A DNA stretch of 64,000 bases from Gammaproteobacteria bacterium (GTDB taxonomy: Bacteria > Pseudomonadota > Gammaproteobacteria > Steroidobacterales > Steroidobacteraceae), in contig JAQGOF010000248.1 in assembly GCA_028293745.1 (NCBI GenBank), forward strand, positions 4,177-68,176. The letters run 5' to 3'. Below the pieces are notes generated by a model. It saw only the letters and a list, made by a program, of their open reading frames with translations. It did not search any database and was not told the DNA's origin. How positions within the stretch are numbered: the stretch's first letter is position 1; each line of letters opens with the position of its first letter. The translations under genes and the position numbers were made by a program. This document shows, one piece after another, positions 56,768 to 64,000 of the stretch.

Positions 56768-58627
56768 TCAGATCTCTACTGCCGTGTTGAGCACGATCAC
56801 GCCTTTGTATGGCATGCGGAAGAACTCGGCAGCCTGGGTGCTATGACTCTGCATCGCCGCGAAAAAGCGGCGCTGCAGGCCTTTGAAGCCGGGCCGCGGG
56901 CGCGCACGTACGAGGTGGCGCCCTACGAAGAATGAGCTGTCTTCAGAGAAGACCCGCATGCCACGGGTCCGGCACGATTTCATGGCCTGGGCGACGTCCG
57001 GCGTTTCCATGAAGCCGAAGCGCGCGGTAATTTCATACACCCCGGGCAGAATCTCTTCGATGTCGACGCGGCGCACGGGATCCTGGCGCGGGGTGTGGGC
57101 GATTTCGATGTTGAGTATGATCACGCGCTCGTGCACGACCCTGTTGTGCTCGATGTTGCGGATGAGTGCGGAAGGGACCAGGTTGCGGTCGCTTGCGAGG
57201 AATACTCCCGTACCGGGTACGCGAATCGCGCCATCGATCAGCTTGGCGAGGTCCTTGCGCTGCACGGCCATCTTCGCCAGCGCCTCGCGCAGGTCGAGGC
57301 GACCGCTGCGCCACGTCCAGAACACGAAGCACAGGATTGCGCTCAGCGTGAGCGGGATCCAGCCGCCGGTCTGCAGCTTGGTCAGGTTCCCGGCGAGGAA
57401 GACAGAATCCATCGCCAGCAGGGGCACGAACACGGCGAACACTGCCCACCGGGGCCAGTGCCACTGGGTTGCTGCGACGAATCCTCCCAGGATGTTGGTG
57501 ATGAACATCGTTCCGACTACCGCGGCTCCGTATGCGCCCGACAGCGCGTCCGACGAACGGAAGCCGAGCACAAACGCCACCACGGCCAGGAACTGCAACA
57601 TGTTGACTACGGGCACGTAGATCTGGCCCTGTTCGAGCGCGGAGGTCTGTAATACCCGGATACGAGGCAGCAGATCGAGCTGTACCGCCTGGCGCGCGAC
57701 GGAGAATGCGCCCGAAATGACCGCCTGCGATGCGATGACGGTGGCCGCCGTGGCCAGAATCAGCATCCACGGGAGGAGCGCCGGGGGTACGAGTGCATAC
57801 AACGGATGGGGAATCATGCCCCCCTTATCCAACAGCATCGCGCCCTGTCCGAAGTAGTTGAGAATCAATGAAGGCCAGACGAGCGCCAGCCAGGCGATTC
57901 GAACCGGAGTCTTGCCGAAGTGACCCATGTCGGCATACAACGCCTCGCCGCCGGTCAGAGCCAGAAAGACGCCACCCAGGATCGCGAGCCCCGTCACCGG
58001 ATGCGTCATCAGGAGCATGATGCCGTAGCGAGGATCGACGGCAACCAACACTGACGGATGCAGCCGGATTGCACTGGCGCCCGTCACGGCAATTGCGAGG
58101 AACCACACGATCATCACCGGGCCGAACAAGCGGCCCACCCGCGCCGTGCCGCGCTTCTGAATCAGGAACAGCAGCGCCAACACTATGATGGTCACCGGAA
58201 TCACGGCCCCCTCGAACTCGGGGTCCAACAGCTCGAGACCCTCGACCGCGCTCAATACCGAGATCGCCGGCGTGATCAAGGCATCGCAGAAGAAGAACGC
58301 GGTACCCGCGAGAGCCAGGCCCACCAGCCACTTGAACCAGCCACGCGCCGCGTCGGAATTGCGCTGGGCGAGTGCAAACAGGGCGAGGATGCCACCCTCA
58401 CCCTGGTTGTCGGCACGCATCATGATGGTCACGTATTTAAACGTGACCGACAACATGAGGCTCCAGAAGATCAGCGAGAGCACTCCCAACACGACGCCCG
58501 GGTCGAATGCACCGGCTGCGTTGAGAGCGGTCTCGAACGCATACAGTGGACTGGTCCCTATGTCCCCGTAGACGATTCCGATGGCCCCAATGACCGCCGG
58601 CAGGCTCCAGCGACGCGAGTCGTGCAT
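56768..58627 (-). CDS. kup: KUP/HAK/KT potassium uptake protein
   Basis: 619 aa. N-terminal signature GIVYGDIGTSPLYAF and 12 TM-type hydrophobicity. Confidence 0.95.
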   Translation of the reverse strand: MHDSRRWSLPAVIGAIGIVYGDIGTSPLYAFETALNAAGAFDPGVVLGVLSLIFWSLMLSVTFKYVTIMMRADNQGEGGILALFALAQRNSDAARGWFKWLVGLALAGTAFFFCDALITPAISVLSAVEGLELLDPEFEGAVIPVTIIVLALLFLIQKRGTARVGRLFGPVMIVWFLAIAVTGASAIRLHPSVLVAVDPRYGIMLLMTHPVTGLAILGGVFLALTGGEALYADMGHFGKTPVRIAWLALVWPSLILNYFGQGAMLLDKGGMIPHPLYALVPPALLPWMLILATAATVIASQAVISGAFSVARQAVQLDLLPRIRVLQTSALEQGQIYVPVVNMLQFLAVVAFVLGFRSSDALSGAYGAAVVGTMFITNILGGFVAATQWHWPRWAVFAVFVPLLAMDSVFLAGNLTKLQTGGWIPLTLSAILCFVFWTWRSGRLDLREALAKMAVQRKDLAKLIDGAIRVPGTGVFLASDRNLVPSALIRNIEHNRVVHERVIILNIEIAHTPRQDPVRRVDIEEILPGVYEITARFGFMETPDVAQAMKSCRTRGMRVFSEDSSFFVGRHLVRARPRPGFKGLQRRFFAAMQSHSTQAAEFFRMPYKGVIVLNTAVEI

Positions 58628-58641
58628 GTCAGGTCAGTGCA

Positions 58642-59319
58642 TCAGCGGCTGCGGCCGCCCCTCTTGGATTTCTTCTTGAGTGCGGTCCGCTTGTTCCTGG
58701 CGGCGGTCTTGGTTTTCTTCCTGGTTGCTGTTGTGGCTGTCTTCGCGCTTTTCGTTTTGGCTTGCGTTTTGGCCTGCGTTTTCGCCTTTGTTTTGGCGTT
58801 CGTCCCGGCCTTCTTTTTGGGCTTCTTGCGTTTGGCCTTGCGTTCCGTGGGCCATAACATCGTGCCACGGCACCGCGGGAAACCGCAGCGGCACGCGAAC
58901 ACGTCGTCGATGTTGTCCGGGTCGTCGTCTTCGCGTTGGATCTGGTAGTCGTATGTCAGCTCAGCGCCCGCCTCGATGTCGCGCAGCGCCTCGATGTATA
59001 CGCGCCGTTTCGCCACGGTCGACTCGCAGTTCGGGTCGCAGGAATGATTGAAGAAGCGAGCATCGTTGCCGTCCACGCCCGCATCGATAACCGTCTTCGA
59101 GTCGACGATGAACAGGAATGTATGGCTGTCGTTCGCGTCCTTTTCTTCGTAGCGGCGATCCGCCTCGTCGTGCGACACCCGCTCGCCAACGTACTCGATG
59201 ATGCGAGTGCCTTTGGGAATGCGCTGTGCCGCGAACACGCCGAGACCGTGCACGTTGGAGCGCCGGACCTCGATCAGCTCGGAGGTGGTGAGATCGGGCT
59301 CGACTTGGGAAGAGGCCAC
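58642..59319 (-). CDS. SET-domain methyltransferase with a Lys-rich (histone H1-like) C-terminal tail
   Basis: GTG start 2 nt after the thyA stop. SET motifs GLGVFA, RFFNHSCDPN and ELTYDY. Post-SET Cys cluster CRCGFPRCRG. The tail (aa 159-225) is about 45% K/R by my count, with AKTQ-type repeats. Confidence 0.85.
   Translation of the reverse strand: MASSQVEPDLTTSELIEVRRSNVHGLGVFAAQRIPKGTRIIEYVGERVSHDEADRRYEEKDANDSHTFLFIVDSKTVIDAGVDGNDARFFNHSCDPNCESTVAKRRVYIEALRDIEAGAELTYDYQIQREDDDPDNIDDVFACRCGFPRCRGTMLWPTERKAKRKKPKKKAGTNAKTKAKTQAKTQAKTKSAKTATTATRKKTKTAARNKRTALKKKSKRGGRSR
58753..58800. repeat. 4 x 12-nt tandem repeat encoding the AKT(K/Q) repeats of the SET-protein tail
   Basis: cgttttggcttg / cgttttggcctg / cgttttcgcctt / tgttttggcgtt, read on the + strand. 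Confidence 0.7.
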
Positions 59320-59321
59320 GG

Positions 59322-60116
59322 TCAGACCGCCACCGGCGCCTTGATCGCCGCATGATGTTGATAATTCACGAATTCAAAATCCTCATAGTCATACTCGAAA
59401 ATACTCGGCGGCCGCCGGCGCAGCCGCAACTGGGGCAGGGCTAAGGGCTCGCGCCCGAGCTGCAGATCAGCCTGCTCCAGGTGATTCAGGTACAGATGGC
59501 AATCCCCGCCCGTCCAGATCAGCTCACCGGGCTCCAGGTCGCACTGCTGTGCAAGCATGTGCACGAGCAGCGCATAACTTGCGATGTTGAAGGGAACGCC
59601 CAGGAAGACATCCGCGCTGCGCTGGTACGGCTGGCAGGACAGGCGCTTTGCGGCCACGTGGAACTGAAAGAAGGCATGGCACGGCATCAGCGCCATCTGC
59701 TCCAGCTCGCCGACGTTCCAGGCGCTGACAATGATGCGGCGCGAATCCGGGTTGCGCTTGAGCTGCTCGACGGCTTGTGCGATCTGATCGACGGTGCGTC
59801 CGTCGGGCGCCAGCCAGGCTCGCCACTGCTTGCCGTAAACCGGACCAAGCTCGCCCTTTTCGTCAGCCCACTCGTCCCAGATCGTGACTCCGTGCTCGCG
59901 CAGCCAGGACACGTTGGTCTCACCACGCAGGAACCACAGCAGCTCGTACACGATGGAGCGCAGGTGGACCCGCTTCGTCGTGACGAGCGGAAATCCTGCG
60001 CTCAGGTCGAATCGCATCTGGTGTCCGAATACCGAGAGCGTCCCCGTTCCGGTACGGTCGTCCTTACGAATACCGGTATCGCGGATCCGGCGCATCAGCT
60101 CCAGGTAGGGCTTCAT
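59322..60116 (-). CDS. thyA: Thymidylate synthase (ThyA type)
   Basis: ORF 59322..60359 trimmed to ATG 60116 ([11 protein letters not shown]..., ATGA overlap with the lgt stop). 264 aa with active-site MPCHAFFQF. Confidence 0.95.
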   Translation of the reverse strand: MKPYLELMRRIRDTGIRKDDRTGTGTLSVFGHQMRFDLSAGFPLVTTKRVHLRSIVYELLWFLRGETNVSWLREHGVTIWDEWADEKGELGPVYGKQWRAWLAPDGRTVDQIAQAVEQLKRNPDSRRIIVSAWNVGELEQMALMPCHAFFQFHVAAKRLSCQPYQRSADVFLGVPFNIASYALLVHMLAQQCDLEPGELIWTGGDCHLYLNHLEQADLQLGREPLALPQLRLRRRPPSIFEYDYEDFEFVNYQHHAAIKAPVAV

Positions 60117-60913
60117 TGCGCGGTGACGAAATTTCCGGACGGCGAACGCGCGCGGTAAGCGTACGTAAGGATTGCGAGGCCGGCGATGATCATTGGGAAT
60201 GACAATACCTGGCCCTCGGTCAACCAACCTCCAGCCAGATAACCGATGTGTTCGTCGGGCACGCGCACGAACTCGATCATGAAGCGCACCACGCCATAGA
60301 TGACGAGAAACAGTCCTGACGGGGCAAGCCTGGGCCTGGGGCGCGCCGTGTATATCCACATGATCGTGAACAGGACCAACCCTTCGAAGATTGCTTCGTA
60401 CAACTGAGATGCATGGCGAACTTCACCGTTGACGTTGAAGCCCCATGGCACCGTGGTCACCTTGCCCCACAGCTCGCCGTTGATGAAGTTGCCGATACGC
60501 CCGAAAAACAATCCCAGGCCCGGAAGCGGTACGGTGAAGTCGAGCACGTCGGCCACGTTCCGGCGGCGGCGCCAGGCAAACAGGGAAACCGCGACGATCA
60601 CACCGAGCATGCCGCCGTGGAATGACATGCCGCCGTCCCAGATCTTGAGAGGATACAGTGGATCCTTCGCCCAGAAGCTCAGGCCATAGAACAGCACGTA
60701 GCCAATTCGGCCGCCCAGGATGACGCCGAGCATGGCGTAAAAGATGAGATCGTCGACGTCCTGCGGCTTCCAGGAGGATCCGGGTTTCGCGGCGCGCAGC
60801 CGGGCGAGCGCCCAGCCTGCCCCGAATCCCAGCAGGTACATGATGCCGTACCAGTGGACCTTGATGGGGCCGATCGCGAACGCAATGGGATTGAAGCCAG
60901 GATACTGGATCAT
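60113..60913 (-). CDS. lgt: Prolipoprotein diacylglyceryl transferase
   Basis: 266 aa with IHWYGIMY and [10 protein letters not shown] motifs. lgt-thyA adjacency as in E. coli. Confidence 0.92.
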   Translation of the reverse strand: MIQYPGFNPIAFAIGPIKVHWYGIMYLLGFGAGWALARLRAAKPGSSWKPQDVDDLIFYAMLGVILGGRIGYVLFYGLSFWAKDPLYPLKIWDGGMSFHGGMLGVIVAVSLFAWRRRRNVADVLDFTVPLPGLGLFFGRIGNFINGELWGKVTTVPWGFNVNGEVRHASQLYEAIFEGLVLFTIMWIYTARPRPRLAPSGLFLVIYGVVRFMIEFVRVPDEHIGYLAGGWLTEGQVLSFPMIIAGLAILTYAYRARSPSGNFVTAQ

Positions 60914-60931
60914 ATCCTGCGATTTTACCCG

Positions 60932-62110
60932 CTACTCACGGGTGACGCGGCAGAAGAACGCCTTCAAGTACCGGGTTTCGGGGATGGCGGGATGGACTGG
61001 GTGGTCCGGTGACTGTCCGCCGGCCTCCAGGATCTGCACAAATCGCCCCGTATGGCGGGCGGCCGACTGGATAGCGGCAACCAGGTCATCCGCGGCGAGA
61101 TGGTAGGAGCAGGAGCACGAGACGAGCAGCCCATCGCCTTCCATCAGGCCAAGCGCAAGCTGATTCAGCTTGCGATAGGCCGCCTGTCCCTGCGGGACAT
61201 CCTTCTTGCGCTTGATGAACGCCGGCGGGTCGACAACCACGACATCAAAGCGCTCCCCGCGCTCCTGCAGCGCCTTCAGCGCATCGAATGCATCGTCGCG
61301 TGTGGTCTCCACAGTGACGCCATTGGCCTCTGCGTTGCGGCTCACAGCCTGCAGCGCGGCTGCGGATGAGTCGATGCACCGTGCTGAAGCAGCGCCATTC
61401 TTCAGAGCGGTGATGGCCCACGCACCAACGTAGCTGCATACGTCGAGAACTCGCGTACCCGGCCACATATATCGCACCAGGCGTTGGCGGTTGGCTGTCT
61501 GATCGTAGAACCAACCGGTCTTCTGTCCAGCCGCCAGCGGCGCTGTGAAGCGCAGCCCCGATTCGAAGACCTCGATTTCCTCAGGAACATTCCCGAACGC
61601 GACCTCCGTCGTCTGTGGAAGATGCTCGAGGTCACGTGCACCCGAATCATTCTTCCAGAACAGCGCCGCGGGATTGAGCACTTCGCGCACCGCGGCTTCG
61701 ATCTCCGCCTTGAATGCCTCCATACCTGCGGTAGCGATCTGTCCCACGATAATGTCGCCATACCGGTCGAGCACGAGACCCGGCAGACCGTCGGACTCGC
61801 CGAACACGAGACGGTAGTACGGCTCTCTGGTCAATCTTTGGCGTAACCCAACCGCCACCTCCAGACGCTGCGCGATTAACGCGCGATCCAGCGGATGAGC
61901 AATGTCACGTCCAACAATTCGCGCGCAAATGAGTGCGTGTGGATTGACGTAGGCGTAACCGAGAAACTGTCCCCGGTGCGATTGCATCTGCACCAATGCA
62001 CCAGTTGGGAGCGCAGTCAGAGGTGTACTGGCCGTATCGACTTCGTTACTGAACACCCACATATGTCCAGCAGCAATGCGCCGGTCCTCGCCGCGCTTAA
62101 GACGCAGCAC
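60932..62110 (-). CDS. rlmI: PUA-domain class I SAM-dependent rRNA (cytosine-C5) methyltransferase, RlmI-like
   Basis: ORF 60932..62299 trimmed to GTG 62110, giving (M)LRLKRGEDRRIAAGHMWVFSNEV, which aligns with the E. coli RlmI N-terminus. GTG 62158 is an alternative. SAM fold VLDVCSYVGAWA and VVVDPPAF. Confidence 0.8.
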   Translation of the reverse strand: MLRLKRGEDRRIAAGHMWVFSNEVDTASTPLTALPTGALVQMQSHRGQFLGYAYVNPHALICARIVGRDIAHPLDRALIAQRLEVAVGLRQRLTREPYYRLVFGESDGLPGLVLDRYGDIIVGQIATAGMEAFKAEIEAAVREVLNPAALFWKNDSGARDLEHLPQTTEVAFGNVPEEIEVFESGLRFTAPLAAGQKTGWFYDQTANRQRLVRYMWPGTRVLDVCSYVGAWAITALKNGAASARCIDSSAAALQAVSRNAEANGVTVETTRDDAFDALKALQERGERFDVVVVDPPAFIKRKKDVPQGQAAYRKLNQLALGLMEGDGLLVSCSCSYHLAADDLVAAIQSAARHTGRFVQILEAGGQSPDHPVHPAIPETRYLKAFFCRVTRE

Positions 62111-62298
62111 AGGCAGGGCACGATGCTCGGGAAGGATTTGCGCGGAGGAAGGAATCACTTGAAACTCGCTGCGATGGCAGCCACGGCAGCCGTGAGTATA
62201 CGGCAAATGGCGCCACACCTCCGCCGAAGTTCTGCGCAGTCTTTGGTGTAGCGGTATTCTCCGCCAAAACCCCCGCTCCTCACTGCACGACCCTCCCA

Positions 62299-63160
62299 AT
62301 GGCTGCCAAAAAGCTCATCGAATCGTTTCCGCATAAATCTGGCATCTACCAGATACGGTGCAAGCGGAACGCGAAAATCTATGTTGGGAGCGCCGTGGAT
62401 CTGCGGCGCCGCTGGGAAGTACATCGTCGGGCACTGCGCGACGGAGTCCATCACAACGATCACCTGCAGCAGGCTTGGCGCCTGTATGGTGCAGTGAACT
62501 TCGCGTTTGAAGTCCTGCAGTTCGTCGAGGCGGCCGAGCTGCTGCGTGCGGAGCAAGAGTGGATTGAACGGACGGACTGCACTCACCGCAAGATCGGATT
62601 CAACATCAGTGCGTTAGCCAGCACGCAGGGAGAGAAGACCCCATTGACCTGGCACGGGTTCTGCGACCCCAGCGGCCAGCCAGTCGAAATTGTCAACCTC
62701 ACCGATTTCTGCCGGCGGCACAAACTCGACTTTCCTTCGATGCATCGGCTCGCGAGAGGCAAGAGCAAGCTGAAGTCGTACAAAGGCTGGACGCACCGGA
62801 ACAGCGTGCGCAAACGCGACTATGTCAAAAGGTACAACGGCTTCGTTGATCCCGACGGGAAGCAGGTGCCCACAATCACGAATCTCGCTGAATTCTGCCG
62901 CGGACGTGGCCTCGACAAAACACACATGGTCGCAGTGGCCAATGCCAGGATCATCAGTCATCGCGGTTGGACGCACCTCCGCGGAAAGCAGAGGCAACCT
63001 GCCCGCGAATACACCGGCTTTGTGGCACCGGGCGGTGCATTCACGATCATCACCAATTTATCGGCCTTCTGTAAGGCATGCGGCTTATGCGTTGTACACA
63101 TGTTTGAAGTAAAGAGCGGAAAGCGACCCAGCCACAAAGGCTGGACGTGGAGAGAACACG
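62299..63160 (+). mobile_element. Candidate free-standing homing endonuclease gene insertion
   Basis: The architecture is typical of phage/intron-associated GIY-YIG homing endonucleases. Three hand-counted 60-nt lines gave 55%, 60% and 48% G+C, against 63% for one sampled line in rlmI. No flanking direct repeats were identified. Confidence 0.35.
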
Positions 63161-63264
63161 ATGAAGCCCAGGTTTCTGAATGGCGACGGTTCGCCGAAAT
63201 ACACCAATCACCTGGTCTCGGAAACGAGCCCCTACCTGCAACAACATGCTCACAATCCTGTTGA
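62299..63264 (+). CDS. GIY-YIG nuclease with three tandem ~50-aa NUMOD1/IENR1-like DNA-binding repeats (homing-endonuclease-like)
   Basis: GIY-YIG core SGIYQIRC...[21 protein letters not shown]...EQEWIE. Repeats at aa 117-165, 178-225 and 237-283 each follow GF..P.G.....I.NL..FC....L....M......GK..S.KGWT. The last ~34 codons overlap the next gene out of frame. Confidence 0.75.
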   Translation: MAAKKLIESFPHKSGIYQIRCKRNAKIYVGSAVDLRRRWEVHRRALRDGVHHNDHLQQAWRLYGAVNFAFEVLQFVEAAELLRAEQEWIERTDCTHRKIGFNISALASTQGEKTPLTWHGFCDPSGQPVEIVNLTDFCRRHKLDFPSMHRLARGKSKLKSYKGWTHRNSVRKRDYVKRYNGFVDPDGKQVPTITNLAEFCRGRGLDKTHMVAVANARIISHRGWTHLRGKQRQPAREYTGFVAPGGAFTIITNLSAFCKACGLCVVHMFEVKSGKRPSHKGWTWREHDEAQVSEWRRFAEIHQSPGLGNEPLPATTCSQSC

Positions 63265-64000
63265 CTGGTATCCGTGGGGCGAAGCCGCTTTCGAACGCGC
63301 GCGCCTGGAAAAGAAGCCAATTCATCTAAGCGTAGGTTATTCAGCCTGCACGTGGTGCCACAGGTTGGAGGAAGAGAGTTTCGAAGACGAAGCAACCGCT
63401 CAACTCCTGAACGAACGCTTTGTCAACATCAAAGTCGACCGTGAAGAACGCCCGGATGTGGATCGCATCTATCAAATCGCGCAGCAAATGCTGACGCAGC
63501 GCTCCGGCGGTTGGCCACTCACGATGTTCCTGACACACGACGACCACCGGCCATTCTTCGGTGGCACCTATTTCCCCAAGGAAGCGCGCCACGGCTTGCC
63601 GGCGTTCACCGACATTCTGCGCAGAGTCAGTGAATACCATCGGCTGCACGAAGCCGAGCTGCGTCAGCAGAACGACGCGCTGATGTCCGCGTTTGCCGAG
63701 CTGACTCCGCCGCCAGCCCCCGGCGATACACAACTGACTGACGCGCCGATCAAAGCGGCCCGTGAACTGTTGGGGCGCACATTTGACGGCCAATCCGGCG
63801 GTTTCGGCCGCGCACCCAAGTTTCCCAACCCGAGGACAATCGAGCGCCTGCTGCGGGACTGGCACGCCACTTCGGGCCAAACCCAGCCGGATCTGCAGGC
63901 ACTGTATATGGCGGCGCTGACCCTGCGACGCATGGGCGAAGGTGGCATCAACGATCAGCTCGGTGGCGGCTTCAGCCGGTATTCGGTGGATGAATACTGG
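63161..64000 (+). CDS. Thioredoxin-domain protein, DUF255/YyaL family (N-terminal 280 codons; continues beyond the window)
   Basis: My own translation; absent from the track because there is no stop in the window. [76 protein letters not shown]...[20 protein letters not shown]. The frame is closed by TAA at 63110-12, and the first start codon is ATG 63161. Confidence 0.85.
   Translation, partial: MKPRFLNGDGSPKYTNHLVSETSPYLQQHAHNPVDWYPWGEAAFERARLEKKPIHLSVGYSACTWCHRLEEESFEDEATAQLLNERFVNIKVDREERPDVDRIYQIAQQMLTQRSGGWPLTMFLTHDDHRPFFGGTYFPKEARHGLPAFTDILRRVSEYHRLHEAELRQQNDALMSAFAELTPPPAPGDTQLTDAPIKAARELLGRTFDGQSGGFGRAPKFPNPRTIERLLRDWHATSGQTQPDLQALYMAALTLRRMGEGGINDQLGGGFSRYSVDEYW

Noticed and set aside
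58753-58800. Short tandem repeats (here, and 38856-38936) considered as CRISPR-like or minisatellite arrays
   Set aside because: The units are 12 and 27 nt, contiguous without spacers, in frame and inside CDSs. They are coding repeats, not CRISPR.
58629-58948. Several 79-296-aa ORFs on both strands across the SET-protein tail
   Set aside because: They are alternative-frame artefacts of the Lys-codon-rich repeat DNA. Only the frame continuous with the SET domain makes biological sense.

Overview
High-GC (about 63-65% by eye) proteobacterial chromosomal segment that is almost wall-to-wall coding and mostly housekeeping. In order: a partial TPR-like lipoprotein; prfA; a seven-gene MoxR/DUF58/membrane-protein module; prmC-ppiB-mtgA; a sahR-like-metF-metH operon; hslO; gatCAB diverging from mreBCD-mrdA-rodA-mltB-rlpA-dacA-dat-ybeD; a sulfate ABC transporter (cysA-cysT-cysW) translationally coupled to a histidine kinase/response regulator, then an FAD/NAD(P)-binding protein and a convergent sbp; lipA-lipB; murU-amgK diverging from lptD-surA-pdxA-rsmA-usp-apaG-apaH; an orphan lipoprotein; kynurenine-pathway genes (3-hydroxyanthranilate dioxygenase, cyclase-like protein, kynureninase, kynurenine 3-monooxygenase); a compact minus-strand string rlmI-lgt-thyA-SET-kup-folA; a GIY-YIG nuclease gene; and the 5' part of a DUF255/YyaL-like thioredoxin-domain gene. 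Gene order suggests a gammaproteobacterium, with Pseudomonas- and Xanthomonadales/Nevskiales-like synteny (inference only). I saw no rRNA, tRNA, CRISPR array, transposase, integrase or prophage genes. Nothing here is an unambiguous novel system. The best candidates for under-described biology are: (1) the MoxR-DUF58-DUF4350-DUF4129-RDD-SpoIIM-like module wedged between prfA and prmC; (2) a CysA ATPase with a ~240-aa USP-like C-terminal extension, in an operon coupled to a two-component system; (3) a SET-domain methyltransferase with a histone-H1-like Lys-rich tail, embedded between thyA and folA; (4) a lower-GC free-standing GIY-YIG homing-endonuclease-like gene with three DNA-binding repeats that overlaps the next gene; (5) a divergent cyclase-family protein in the formamidase position of the kynurenine cluster. 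All family calls rest on motifs read by eye from the supplied translations and my own translations. No database search was run. Many start codons were re-assigned from the ORF track and remain provisional.
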